Below, piece by piece: positions 53,487 through 62,636 of a stretch of DNA of 64,000 nt (its first letter is position 1; every line of letters begins with the position of its first letter). The stretch covers positions 1,184-65,183 of the forward strand of contig JBKQTH010000136.1 of assembly GCA_052143275.1 (NCBI GenBank), in the 5' to 3' direction. A program made the translations under genes and the position numbers. Under the pieces are notes generated by a model. The model was not told where the DNA came from, searched no databases, and saw only the letters and a program-made list of their open reading frames with translations. The DNA is from Ktedonobacterales bacterium (GTDB lineage: Bacteria; Chloroflexota; Ktedonobacteria; Ktedonobacterales; JADMIN01).

Positions 53487-55442
53487 TTGGTATTGTCGAC
53501 GCCGTTTTGGGGTGATGTGGAGCGTAGAGTGGATCTCCAATCTGGGACCAGTAGGCACAATGCACAGTCCCACTCGCCTCCGGCTACACAGGGAAGTACT
53601 CTGCCCGGAGCGGCGTCGCTATGCACCGGCGACACTGCTCGCAAGGACTGGTCCAAACCGCGCACAAATGCTTTACCTCCACTGGATACATCCTGCGTCG
53701 AGCGTGGGAGCGTGTCTGGGCTATCGCTCGGTCATTCAGGAAGCTGGTGTCCAGAGCCAAGGGGGTATGCACTCCAACCATATTCGGCCAGCAATCCTAG
53801 GTCACAGTCGCCGGCGCCAGCTGTCAGGCGTCTACCCGTGGCGTACCGGCGTCGTCCACCCCTGGTAGGACAAGTCTTCCGGCAAGTTAGAGCAGCCAAC
53901 TGGCACCACAGAATAGACTGGGCGCTTGTTCTACGCACGAATACGTATCGGGTGTGGCTCATTGCCAGCACGATCGCACTCACGCTGGCGCTCTATCGAT
54001 TGCAGAACCTGCTTGGCGCGGTGCCGTTGCATCCTACAACCGTGCAGTACGCTGTGCAGTGGGCCGAGCTGATCTGGTTGGTGCCCGTACCCCTTTCTGT
54101 GGCGCTGTGGCTGGGATGGCTGATCTTTGCCGGCGTAGGGCAGCCGGATCCCACGCCTGTCAGGGCGCCGCATCCTAAAATCGGTTCTGTGCGGCTGGTC
54201 ATTCGCTTCGTGACTCGCGGAGACAATGTGTCAGTGCTGCGTGAAAGCGTAAACGCTGTCCACCGCTCATTTTCCGGCTATCTAGTACAGCCAGCGCCAT
54301 ACCGCATCGAGATCGTAAGCGATCGCGCGTTGAGCCTAGGTGATCAGAGTGGATCGACTCATATTGTGGTTGTGCCACCTGACTATTGCACCGGTGCTGG
54401 TTCGCTCTATAAGGCACGAGCGCTCACATATCTACAGTCGCTCATGAAACCAGAACCAGGAGACTGGTACTTATATCTTGACGAGGAGAGCCAAGTAGAT
54501 AGCTCGGTGCTCTCCGGTATCTACCGTTTCATTGGTCGTGCACGTACGCCGAGAAGTCGTCGATTTTCCGCCAGGGTCATTGGGCAGGGAGCAATTGTCT
54601 ATCAGGGTGGCCACTGGTTCTTCCGTGGCGCGGATGGCCTGCGCACCGCCGACGACCTGGGACGGTTCCGGTTGCAGTATGCTCTGGGAATGCCGCTTTT
54701 TGGCATTCATGGCTCATACATTTTGGTACCTGGAGATGCGGACCAGCAACTCTCCTTCGATGTTGGGCCGCGCAACTCCCTCACCGAAGATGCGGCCTGG
54801 GCTCTGCGTGCCTGGTCACATGGCTACCGCTTTGGCTGGGTAGAGGGCTATCTGCACGAGCAACCTCCACAGGACATCATGGACTTCGTTCGTCAACGTG
54901 GTCGGTGGCTCTCAGGTATCAGGTTGGTCATCGCTGATAACGAGGTGCCGTTTTGTTACCGAGCTTGCTTGGGTATGTTCACCGCGCTCTGGCAGCTGGC
55001 ATTCTTACCCTTTGTCGTTGCCTTAGCGGCTGTGGTGGTACATATCGCGCCATTTGCCTGGATGCGGATTCCAGCTGACTTTGCCTGGTCAGCTTTCGTT
55101 CTGGCCTACCTTCAGGGAGCGCACGTACAAGCCACGCATCCTCTAGGATCCGGCCAAACTGCAGTCCGAAATAACCCGGCATCCGGATTACAGCGTTCAG
55201 AGTTGCTGGGTAGCGGCCGGCAAGTTCTCGCGCTGCTCGGTGCATGGGCCACGTCGCTGGGCTACATCTGGTTCGCGCTGCTTGAAGCGCTCGGTGTTCT
55301 CTATAGCCTCAAGCCTGGCAAAGGATTCTTTGTCATCAGGAAACCCAGCCTAACCAAGACTTTGAGCACGGGCAGGGATCGTCTGCGAGCGGATGGGTCA
55401 CTGGTACCAAGGGCTCCGGCTCCGCTCGAGCCAACGGGATAG
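53487..55442 (+). CDS. Membrane-embedded processive GT2-family glycosyltransferase (synthase-like); start uncertain
   Basis: D-x-D-like YLYLDEES, the TED motif (SLTEDAAWALR), and QRGRW (Q-x-x-RW), flanked by TM helices. The first ~130-150 codons of the ORF are S/P/R-rich and may be non-coding. An in-frame GTG lies at 53952, just before the first TM helix. Confidence 0.72.
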   Translation: MVLSTPFWGDVERRVDLQSGTSRHNAQSHSPPATQGSTLPGAASLCTGDTARKDWSKPRTNALPPLDTSCVERGSVSGLSLGHSGSWCPEPRGYALQPYSASNPRSQSPAPAVRRLPVAYRRRPPLVGQVFRQVRAANWHHRIDWALVLRTNTYRVWLIASTIALTLALYRLQNLLGAVPLHPTTVQYAVQWAELIWLVPVPLSVALWLGWLIFAGVGQPDPTPVRAPHPKIGSVRLVIRFVTRGDNVSVLRESVNAVHRSFSGYLVQPAPYRIEIVSDRALSLGDQSGSTHIVVVPPDYCTGAGSLYKARALTYLQSLMKPEPGDWYLYLDEESQVDSSVLSGIYRFIGRARTPRSRRFSARVIGQGAIVYQGGHWFFRGADGLRTADDLGRFRLQYALGMPLFGIHGSYILVPGDADQQLSFDVGPRNSLTEDAAWALRAWSHGYRFGWVEGYLHEQPPQDIMDFVRQRGRWLSGIRLVIADNEVPFCYRACLGMFTALWQLAFLPFVVALAAVVVHIAPFAWMRIPADFAWSAFVLAYLQGAHVQATHPLGSGQTAVRNNPASGLQRSELLGSGRQVLALLGAWATSLGYIWFALLEALGVLYSLKPGKGFFVIRKPSLTKTLSTGRDRLRADGSLVPRAPAPLEPTG

Positions 55443-55449
55443 TGAGATT

Positions 55450-56550
55450 ATGAAACGCAGACTTCTTCATGGCGCGCTGATCGCGTTGCTCGTCATATCT
55501 GGCGGTGTCGGCATGGAGTGGATTTTACTCACCGGGTCCACGCCCCAGTCCGTAATCGCGGCATTCCAGCCGACTTCAGTGCCAATACCCATTGTATATG
55601 CGCGCCCCCTCTTCGAGACCGGCATGGCATTCCCTCGTTGGGGGGTGGACGCCTATACCAGCACTGATCCCAACTACCTCGTCGGTCTCAACGAGATTCA
55701 GAACCAGACTGCAGCTCGCTGGATCGAGCTAACCATAAACCTGTACCAGGCGACGACTACTTCGACAACAATTAGCACACAGAGCTATACTCCTACACCG
55801 AGTTCGCTGGAGGAAGGGATTCGGACTGCGCATCTGCACGGCTTCCGGGTCTTTGTCGAACCACTCGTGACCGTGGGCGAGAACATATGGTCCGGCAGCA
55901 TCGGTTTCACGAATCCACGCAAGGCAGCCGCCTGGTTCAAGAGCTACTGGCAGGTCCTGCAGCCCTATCTTGGCGCAGCTGCGCAGGCCGGAGCCGACCA
56001 GTTTGCCGTCGGCACCGAATTTAGCGGGCTGGAGCATCCGTGGGCGACTCAGTGGAACGCCTTAATTGCGCAGGCGCACATCGTATTTCCAGGCACATTG
56101 ACCTACAACGTCAACTTCAGTGGTTTTCAGGGGCAACTGCCAAGTTGGTTCACCAATCCTCTGCTCACCTATATAGGTGTCTCAACCTACTATTCTTTAA
56201 CTAGTAATTCGGAGCCAGTAGATCCTAGTCTTATGCCAATTCTGTGGTATGACGAAGCCGAGGTACCGCTGGACAACCTTGCTGCGCGTCTGGGCAAACC
56301 ACTCATTCTCTCCGAGATCGGCTATAGAGACAGCAGTGATGCAGTCTATAAGCCGTTTCTCCGCTCAACCGACGCTCCTCCCGATCCCGGTGAGCAGGCA
56401 GGAGCGTACGCCGCTGCGCTCCAAGACACCATGCACGACCCGTATATTGACGGCATCTTCTTCTGGGCCTGGTCTTTGCCGCCGTTCTCGCCCAACTGGC
56501 TGCCAGCGGCCAATGTTTTGCACCACTGGTATACCTCACCAGCAGCTTGA
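55450..56550 (+). CDS. Membrane-anchored TIM-barrel glycoside hydrolase-like protein (clan GH-A, GH5/GH113-like)
   Basis: N-terminal TM helix ALIALLVISGGVGMEWILL. Candidate catalytic Glu residues are in FAVGTEFSG and LILSEIGY, and FFWAW lies near the C-terminus. The family assignment is by pattern only. Confidence 0.6.
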   Translation: MKRRLLHGALIALLVISGGVGMEWILLTGSTPQSVIAAFQPTSVPIPIVYARPLFETGMAFPRWGVDAYTSTDPNYLVGLNEIQNQTAARWIELTINLYQATTTSTTISTQSYTPTPSSLEEGIRTAHLHGFRVFVEPLVTVGENIWSGSIGFTNPRKAAAWFKSYWQVLQPYLGAAAQAGADQFAVGTEFSGLEHPWATQWNALIAQAHIVFPGTLTYNVNFSGFQGQLPSWFTNPLLTYIGVSTYYSLTSNSEPVDPSLMPILWYDEAEVPLDNLAARLGKPLILSEIGYRDSSDAVYKPFLRSTDAPPDPGEQAGAYAAALQDTMHDPYIDGIFFWAWSLPPFSPNWLPAANVLHHWYTSPAA

Positions 56551-56561
56551 CACGAGCTCCT

Positions 56562-56588
56562 TTAGCACTCACTTGACACGACTGCCAA
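56562..56588 (+). promoter_or_regulatory. CIRCE-like inverted repeat 1 (degenerate), overlapping the -35 box of the hrcA promoter
   Basis: TTAGCACTC-N9-GACTGCCAA versus the consensus TTAGCACTC-N9-GAGTGCTAA. The left arm is perfect and the right arm has 2 mismatches. Confidence 0.4.
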
Positions 56589-56601
56589 CAGGTGATATTC
56601 T
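56573..56601 (+). promoter_or_regulatory. Sigma-70-type promoter of the hrcA-grpE-dnaK-dnaJ operon
   Basis: TTGACA (56573-56578), 17-nt spacer, extended -10 TGaTATTCT (56593-56601). It lies about 90 nt upstream of the hrcA ATG. Confidence 0.55.
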
Positions 56602-56609
56602 CTGGATTG

Positions 56610-56636
56610 TTAGCAGTCTCTGGTGTTGAATGCTAA
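56610..56636 (+). promoter_or_regulatory. CIRCE-like inverted repeat 2 (HrcA operator) at the predicted transcription start
   Basis: TTAGCAGTC-N9-GAATGCTAA, with one mismatch per arm to the CIRCE consensus and a 9-nt spacer. The arms are 8/9 self-complementary. Confidence 0.6.
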
Positions 56637-56687
56637 CCAGAGGTTGGTACTTTGCGGTGGACTCTGGTTGAGCGAAAGGGACGAGTG

Positions 56688-57758
56688 ATGTCGTTTGAAG
56701 GCCGATTGAGCGTGCGCGAGCAGGTAATCTTGCGCGCGCTGGTGGAGGAATATATCCGTACCGCCGAGCCAGTCGCCTCCAAGCAGCTCTCCGACCAGCT
56801 TTCCCAGATCTACGGTCCAGGCTACGGTGCGGCCACGGTTCGCAACGAGCTGGCTTACCTCGAAGAAGCTGGATTGATCTACCAGCCCCATATCTCGGCG
56901 GGACGGACACCCACTGATCTGGGCTACCGTTATTTTGTCGAAAGGCTGATGAGCGAATCGCAGCTTTCTATGGAGGAGCAGAGGCTCATTCGCCACCAGT
57001 TCTTCCAGGTGCAGCATCAGCTGGACGAGTGGGTGCGACTTACAGCTTCGGTACTAGCACAGGCCCTGCAGAGTGCGGCTATCGTTACTTCGCCACGCAG
57101 TGTCCAGGCGCAACTCAAACACTTCGAACTGCTGGCGCTGAGCGATGCATTGGCGTTCTTGGTGCTGGTGCTGGATGACGGCACCGTTCGCCAGGAACGA
57201 CTCCTGCTAGATACTCCGACTTCGCAGGAGGAGCTTAGCCGGATCGCTACCCGTTTCAACGCCCGCTTCCATGCTGCTAACGCGAAGCTGGTCGCTCGGC
57301 TTGCCGAGCAGCAAAGCGATTACCTCAATCCCAATGAACGGATTGTGGTAGAATCACTGGTCCGGTTGCTGTCGCAGTTTGATCTACTGTCGCAGGGCTC
57401 ACTCTATCACGACGGCATCGTACAGCTGCTGCAGCGAGATGAGTTCACCCACGCTGATCCGGAACGCATCCGCAAGGTGGTGGAAGTGCTGGAACGCAGC
57501 CGCTTCCTTCCAGCATTAGCACCGCAGGTGATGGAATCAGATGGCGTACAGGTGATCATTGGCGCCGAAAACGGCTCCGAGGCTCTCAAAGACATGAGCG
57601 TGATTGTTTCACGCTATGGTGTGGAAGGGCAGGTCGGTGGATTGCTGGGCATCGTGGCCCCGCGCCGCATGCAGTATGGGCGTGCCATCGCGGTCGTACG
57701 TTACCTGACCCAGATGCTCAATGATCTGTTATCCGATCTCTATGGACCGGAGGCTTGA
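56688..57758 (+). CDS. hrcA: Heat-inducible transcription repressor HrcA
   Basis: LSVREQVILRALVEEYIRTAEPVASKQL...GAATVRNELAYLEEAGLIYQPHISAGRTPTDLGYRYFV. Confidence 0.93.
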   Translation: MSFEGRLSVREQVILRALVEEYIRTAEPVASKQLSDQLSQIYGPGYGAATVRNELAYLEEAGLIYQPHISAGRTPTDLGYRYFVERLMSESQLSMEEQRLIRHQFFQVQHQLDEWVRLTASVLAQALQSAAIVTSPRSVQAQLKHFELLALSDALAFLVLVLDDGTVRQERLLLDTPTSQEELSRIATRFNARFHAANAKLVARLAEQQSDYLNPNERIVVESLVRLLSQFDLLSQGSLYHDGIVQLLQRDEFTHADPERIRKVVEVLERSRFLPALAPQVMESDGVQVIIGAENGSEALKDMSVIVSRYGVEGQVGGLLGIVAPRRMQYGRAIAVVRYLTQMLNDLLSDLYGPEA

Positions 57759-57853
57759 CCAAACGGTGAGGGGTATACAGACAACCGGAGAGAGTTAGGC
57801 GAGAGGTAGGTAGGTAGGTAGCAAGCTACCTAGATAGATTGGCACGAGGTGTT

Positions 57854-58537
57854 ATGGCTGAGGAAGAGATAACCGTTTCCACCACTGATGCCCAGGCGGC
57901 ATCTGACGAAGCGGGCAACCTGTCCGAGATACCTTTGGCTGAGCGGTCCGAGACCGACCTGCAAGGCAGTCGCGTCGTCCAGCTGGAGCAACAAGTGAGT
58001 GAACTTGAGCAGAAGCTGGCTAGGGAGAGCGAACAGGCTACAGACTATATGAATCGCTATCAGCGTATTCAGGCTGACTTCGCGAACTTCAAGCGGCGCG
58101 CTCAGCAAGAACAGGAGCAGCAGAACCTGCTGCTGGCCGCCCAGGTGATCACTCTGTTTCTACCAGCGCTTGATAGTTTTGAACGCGCTTTCGCTACTCT
58201 GCCTCCGAGTCTGCGCGGCTATTCCTGGATCGACGGCATTTCATTGGTGCTGATGGAAATGCAGCACGCACTCCATGCATATGGCGTCCAGCCAATCGAG
58301 GTACAGCTAGGTCAAGCCTTCGATCCGTCACGTCATGAATCCGTTGGCGAGGTTGAGACAAGTGAGTATCCCGAAGGCCATATTGCTGTGATACTTCAAT
58401 CGGGATATGAGGTGCAGGGACGTACCCTGAGACCCACACTAGTCCAAGTTGCTCGTTCGCCAGCAGCGGCGCCCGCCGAGCCTGGCGGTGCAGCCGAAAT
58501 CGATGCAGCTGCAAGCTCCACTCAAGGCAACCAATAG
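57854..58537 (+). CDS. grpE: Nucleotide exchange factor GrpE
   Basis: YMNRYQRIQADFANFKRRAQQE, LPALDSFERA, FDPSRHESVG. ATG at 57854. Confidence 0.92.
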   Translation: MAEEEITVSTTDAQAASDEAGNLSEIPLAERSETDLQGSRVVQLEQQVSELEQKLARESEQATDYMNRYQRIQADFANFKRRAQQEQEQQNLLLAAQVITLFLPALDSFERAFATLPPSLRGYSWIDGISLVLMEMQHALHAYGVQPIEVQLGQAFDPSRHESVGEVETSEYPEGHIAVILQSGYEVQGRTLRPTLVQVARSPAAAPAEPGGAAEIDAAASSTQGNQ

Positions 58538-58652
58538 TTTGTTCCTTGTCTGTAGGCAGCGTAGCTGCCAGCAAGGCCTGTAAGGCACGTAAATACTGTA
58601 GTGGCTGGATTACCAGCCAAAATGTCAAGACATGTATGAGGAGGCTCCTTTC

Positions 58653-60551
58653 GTGGGCAAAGTCATCGGCATTGACCTTGGTACAACCAATAGCTGTGTT
58701 GCGGTAATGGAGGGCGGCGAGCCAGTCGTCATTCCGAATTCTGAGGGGAGCCGCACAACACCGTCTGTCGTCGCCTTCACCAAGAACGGCGAACGGCTGG
58801 TCGGGGAAGTAGCCAAACGCCAAGCCATTACCAATTCTGAGAACACCGTTTTCTCGATCAAGCGCTTTATGGGGCGCAAATTCGATGACCCTGAAGTTGA
58901 CCGAGACAAGCGTCTGGTCCCGTTTAAGGTGGTACGCGCGGCCAATGGTGACGCCTGGGTGGAGGCCAACGGCAAGCAATACTCTCCGCCTGAGATCAGC
59001 GCGATGATTCTGCAGAAGCTCAAAGCCGACGCCGAATCCTATCTTGGCGAGCGAGTGACTGAGGCAGTGATCACTGTACCCGCCTACTTCAATGATGCCC
59101 AACGCCAGGCGACCCGAGATGCCGGTAAAATTGCTGGTCTGGACGTCAAGCGTATCATCAACGAGCCAACCGCAGCTTCGCTGGCCTATGGCTTGGATAA
59201 AAAGAAAGATGAACGCATAGCAGTCTATGACCTGGGTGGCGGCACCTTCGACATCTCGATCCTGGAACTGGGAGACGGTGTCTTTGAAGTCAAGGCTACC
59301 AACGGCGATACTCACCTGGGTGGAGATGATTTCGACCAGCGCATTATTAACTGGCTCGCCGACGAGTTCAAACGCGAGCAGGGCATCGACCTGCGTCAGG
59401 ATAAGATGGCGTTGCAGCGCCTGAAGGAAGCAGCGGAGAAGGCTAAGAAAGAGCTCTCTTCCTCGATGCAGACCGAAATCAATCTTCCGTTTATCACTGC
59501 GGACCAGAGTGGACCCAAGCACCTGGCAGTCACGTTGACACGGGCCAAGCTGGAACAGCTGGTGGACAATTTGGTCGAGAAGTCCAGTACGCCGGTCGCC
59601 AAAGCCCTAGATGACGCGGGAGTCAAACCGTCTCAAGTCGACGAAGTAGTGCTGGTTGGCGGTATGACCCGCATGCCTATGGTCCAGGCATTGGTGAAGC
59701 GCATCTTTGACAAGGATCCCAATAAGGGGGTTAATCCCGACGAAGTCGTCGCCATCGGCGCTGCGATCCAGGCCGGCGTCCTTACCGGCGAGGTACGCGA
59801 TGTACTGCTACTCGACGTAACCCCACTATCGCTGGGTATCGAGACCCTGGGCGGCGTAATGACCAAGCTCATCGAGCGCAACACAACTATTCCAACCCAG
59901 AAGAGCCAGGTCTTTTCAACGGCGAGCGATGGTCAGACCAGCGTAGAGATCAAGGTCTTCCAGGGTGAGCGCGAACTAGCTCACGATAATCGCCTGCTTG
60001 GCAACTTTATTCTGGATGGCATTCCACCCGCTCCCCGTGGCATACCGCAGATCGAAGTGACCTTTGACATCGATGCCAACGGTATCGTGAATGTGAAGGC
60101 TCATGATCGAGGCACTGGTCGCGAACAGCGCATTACGATTCAGCCATCCAGCGGCCTCAATAAAGACCAGATCGAGCGCATGGTGAAGGATGCCGAGGCT
60201 CACGCCGGCGAAGACCGCCGCCGCCGGGAGGAGATTGAGGTTCGCAACGAAGCCGATAACTCCGCCTACCAGGCCGAGAAGACGCTCCGAGACCTAGGAG
60301 ACAAGGTCTCGCCCGAGGTGAAGAGCGACGTAGAGTCAAAGATCTCGGACGTACGGGCTGCCTTGGGCACCGACGATCTGGATCGCATGCGCGCGGCCAA
60401 AGATGCGTTGCAGACGGCAATGCTCAAGGTTGGCGAGCAGGTCTACTCGGCAGCCGGGTCGGCAGGCGCTTCGTCAACTGGGAGCGACGGCGGCAGTGGC
60501 AGCGGTCCTTCTGATGACAATACTGTTGAAGGTGAATTCAAGGAGATGTAA
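58653..60551 (+). CDS. dnaK: Molecular chaperone DnaK (Hsp70)
   Basis: [44 protein letters not shown]. The GTG at 58653 has GAGGAGG 8 nt upstream. Confidence 0.97.
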   Translation: MGKVIGIDLGTTNSCVAVMEGGEPVVIPNSEGSRTTPSVVAFTKNGERLVGEVAKRQAITNSENTVFSIKRFMGRKFDDPEVDRDKRLVPFKVVRAANGDAWVEANGKQYSPPEISAMILQKLKADAESYLGERVTEAVITVPAYFNDAQRQATRDAGKIAGLDVKRIINEPTAASLAYGLDKKKDERIAVYDLGGGTFDISILELGDGVFEVKATNGDTHLGGDDFDQRIINWLADEFKREQGIDLRQDKMALQRLKEAAEKAKKELSSSMQTEINLPFITADQSGPKHLAVTLTRAKLEQLVDNLVEKSSTPVAKALDDAGVKPSQVDEVVLVGGMTRMPMVQALVKRIFDKDPNKGVNPDEVVAIGAAIQAGVLTGEVRDVLLLDVTPLSLGIETLGGVMTKLIERNTTIPTQKSQVFSTASDGQTSVEIKVFQGERELAHDNRLLGNFILDGIPPAPRGIPQIEVTFDIDANGIVNVKAHDRGTGREQRITIQPSSGLNKDQIERMVKDAEAHAGEDRRRREEIEVRNEADNSAYQAEKTLRDLGDKVSPEVKSDVESKISDVRAALGTDDLDRMRAAKDALQTAMLKVGEQVYSAAGSAGASSTGSDGGSGSGPSDDNTVEGEFKEM

Positions 60552-60640
60552 GACCGGCCAGTACTCACCTCCTGTTTGCCATTCCTGCTCTACTTACCCC
60601 GAAAAGATGAGTGGAGCAGCGAGAATGGTCCTAAACCAGC

Positions 60641-60673
60641 GGCGGTATCTGGTATCATCATACCAGTGCCGCC
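60641..60673 (+). terminator. Interrupted hairpin in the dnaK-dnaJ spacer (partial terminator or processing-site candidate)
   Basis: GGCGG-TAT-CTGGTAT-CATC-ATACCAG-TG-CCGCC gives 12 bp in total with an internal loop. The downstream U-tract is weak (CTCGGTTGTATATT). Confidence 0.35.
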
Positions 60674-60892
60674 CTCGGTTGTATATTAAGCCAGGGTTCC
60701 CAGAAGAGAACAGTGCTGCGCACTGATTGGTCATTTCTGTTAGAATAAGCGCGCCACAGCCGGCACATCGCCTGTACCGCTGTGGCCGCAAACTTTGGAA
60801 TGTGGGTTGGGAGGCTCCCAGCCAGGGAGCGGCGCCTCGCCTGCCCGAGGATCTCGCAGCTCTGGCAGGAGAGTCGCAAGAAGAGGAAGCCA

Positions 60893-62044
60893 ATGGCAGC
60901 CAAACGGGATTATTACGAAATACTCGGTGTTGCGCGCAGTGCCAGCGAGGAAGACATTAAGAAAGCTTTCCGCCGGCTGGCACGCCAGTATCACCCGGAT
61001 GTAAATAAGGAAAAGGGCGCCGAGGAGCGTTTTAAGGAGATCAACGAGGCCTATGAGGTACTCGGCGATGCCCAGAAGCGGCAGGCGTATGATCGCTTTG
61101 GTCATGCTGGAGTCTCCGGTGCTGGTGCCGCCGGTGCCAACCCGTTCGAGGGATTTGGCTTTGGCAGCTTCAGTGATATTTTCGAGCAGATCTTTGCCAA
61201 CGCTGCCGGTACAGCCAACGGCACACGGCGCGGAGCGCCGCAACGCGGTGCCGATCTCCGCTATGAGCTGACCATCTCGTTTGAAGAAGCTGTGCGTGGC
61301 TGCCAGAAAGATATCGAGGTTCCTCGCTGGGAGACCTGCCCCACTTGCCATGGTAATGGTGCCCAGCCGGGTACCAATACCACGCGCTGCACCGCCTGCC
61401 AGGGTACCGGTGAGATTCGCCGTGTGCAACAGTCCATTTTCGGCCAGTTTGTGAATGTGATGGTCTGCGACCGCTGTCGAGGTGAAGGTCGAGTCATCAC
61501 TACTCCCTGTGAGCGCTGCCAGGGCCAGGGACGCATTCGCAACATTCGCCGCGTCACTGTGAACATTCCCGCCGGCGTGGACGACGGCATCAATGTTCGA
61601 GTGACCGGCGAGGGCGAGGCCCCGCCTCGCGGGGGCGGCACGCCTGGCAATCTCTTCGTAGCACTCAGTGTGAAACCTCATGAGTATTTCAAGCGTCAGG
61701 GCACCGATATTCTCTATGATCTGCCTATTAGCTTTGCCGACGCGGCACTTGGCTCTGAAGTACCGGTCCCGACGCTTGACGGCGAAGAGTCAGTAAAGAT
61801 TCCGACCGGTACGCAGAGCGGTCGCACCTTCCGGCTCAAGGGCAAAGGGGTGCCGGTGGTGCATAGCTCAGTTCGCGGAGATGAGCTGGTCACGGTCAAA
61901 GTCGTGACGCCGCAATCTCTTACCGCCCGACAGAAGGAGTTGCTCCGGGAGTTCGCTGAGATCGAAAAGCAGCAGATCGAGCGTGGCCACAATCTCTTCG
62001 AGAAAGGGTTCGAGAAGCTCAAGGACGCAATGCACTTCGAGTGA
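60893..62044 (+). CDS. dnaJ: Molecular chaperone DnaJ (type I: J domain, G/F region, four CxxCxGxG zinc motifs)
   Basis: [33 protein letters not shown]; [35 protein letters not shown] at 60893 with GAGGAAG upstream. Confidence 0.96.
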   Translation: MAAKRDYYEILGVARSASEEDIKKAFRRLARQYHPDVNKEKGAEERFKEINEAYEVLGDAQKRQAYDRFGHAGVSGAGAAGANPFEGFGFGSFSDIFEQIFANAAGTANGTRRGAPQRGADLRYELTISFEEAVRGCQKDIEVPRWETCPTCHGNGAQPGTNTTRCTACQGTGEIRRVQQSIFGQFVNVMVCDRCRGEGRVITTPCERCQGQGRIRNIRRVTVNIPAGVDDGINVRVTGEGEAPPRGGGTPGNLFVALSVKPHEYFKRQGTDILYDLPISFADAALGSEVPVPTLDGEESVKIPTGTQSGRTFRLKGKGVPVVHSSVRGDELVTVKVVTPQSLTARQKELLREFAEIEKQQIERGHNLFEKGFEKLKDAMHFE

Positions 62045-62089
62045 CCCCCAGTAGCAGCAGGCAACATGAGACCCATGATTTCCTCGAGA

Positions 62090-62121
62090 GAAAGCCGCCC
62101 ACAGGAGCGGCTTTCTTGTAT
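62090..62121 (+). terminator. Rho-independent terminator of the dnaK operon
   Basis: 9-bp stem GAAAGCCGC/GCGGCTTTC with an 8-nt loop, followed by TTGTAT. It lies 45 nt after the dnaJ stop. Confidence 0.7.
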
Positions 62122-62232
62122 GGCCCGTTTTGGCGCAAGGCGTAGCTTCTTGCTAAATGAGGAGCTGATAGCGTATAAATGGTGAAAGATCAGACGATGT
62201 ACCGGCGCGTACACTTACTGCCGTTTTTATCC

Positions 62233-62321
62233 GGGGCGATGGTGGAATGGTAGACACAGCGGACTTAAAATCCGCTTCCGGCCAACCCGGAGTGAGGGTT
62301 CGAGTCCCTCTCGCCCTACCA
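62233..62321 (+). tRNA. tRNA-Leu (anticodon UAA), type II with a long variable arm and an encoded CCA
   Basis: Manual cloverleaf: acceptor GGGGCGA/TCGCCCT (G1-U72 wobble), D arm GTG-GAATGGTAGA-CAC, anticodon arm GCGGA-CTTAAAA-TCCGC, variable arm TCCGG-CCAAC-CCGGA, T arm GAGGG-TTCGAGT-CCCTC, then ACCA. Confidence 0.9.
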
Positions 62322-62636
62322 GAGAAAGTCAGTTGAATTCAGGGTTTTAGGCTGATCGGGGTTTCCACTCGTCGCTTGCTGTTAGCTTGGGCAACTATCT
62401 TACTACCCCTACCTTTACCCCTATCGGAGCATTCTCAGGTATTCTATGGGGATCGATGGTGGCCGTATCGCGCCTACTCATACGCGGTCGCACCATACAG
62501 TTGTAGTTTGACCGTCGTAGCTGTCCACTCTTGATGAGCCCGAGGCATGTGGACTGCTGCAGAGCTATCGGAAGGCTGCATCATCTGCTATGCTGGGTAG
62601 GTATGCATGAACTCGAATTTTCCCATAAGGTTAGTG

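Noticed and set aside
53329-53868. 179-aa plus-strand ORF between the xdhC-like gene and the GT2 gene
   Set aside because: The translation is Arg/Trp/Cys/His-rich with no domain resemblance. I kept it only as part of the unexplained-region finding.
58194-59522. 442-aa ORF antisense to dnaK
   Set aside because: It lies entirely opposite the highly conserved dnaK coding frame. Long antisense ORFs are a well-known artefact of GC-rich Hsp70 genes, and I recognise no motifs in it.
60740-61681. 313-aa ORF antisense to dnaJ
   Set aside because: It is opposite an unambiguous dnaJ (J domain plus four zinc-finger motifs). It is Ala/Gly/Arg-rich shadow-frame sequence.
62458-62472. T-box-like core GGTGGCCGTATCGCG upstream of gltX
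   Set aside because: There is an insertion relative to the GGTGGTACCGCG consensus. I could find no specifier loop, K-turn, AGAGA/F-box arrangement, or terminator/antiterminator pair.
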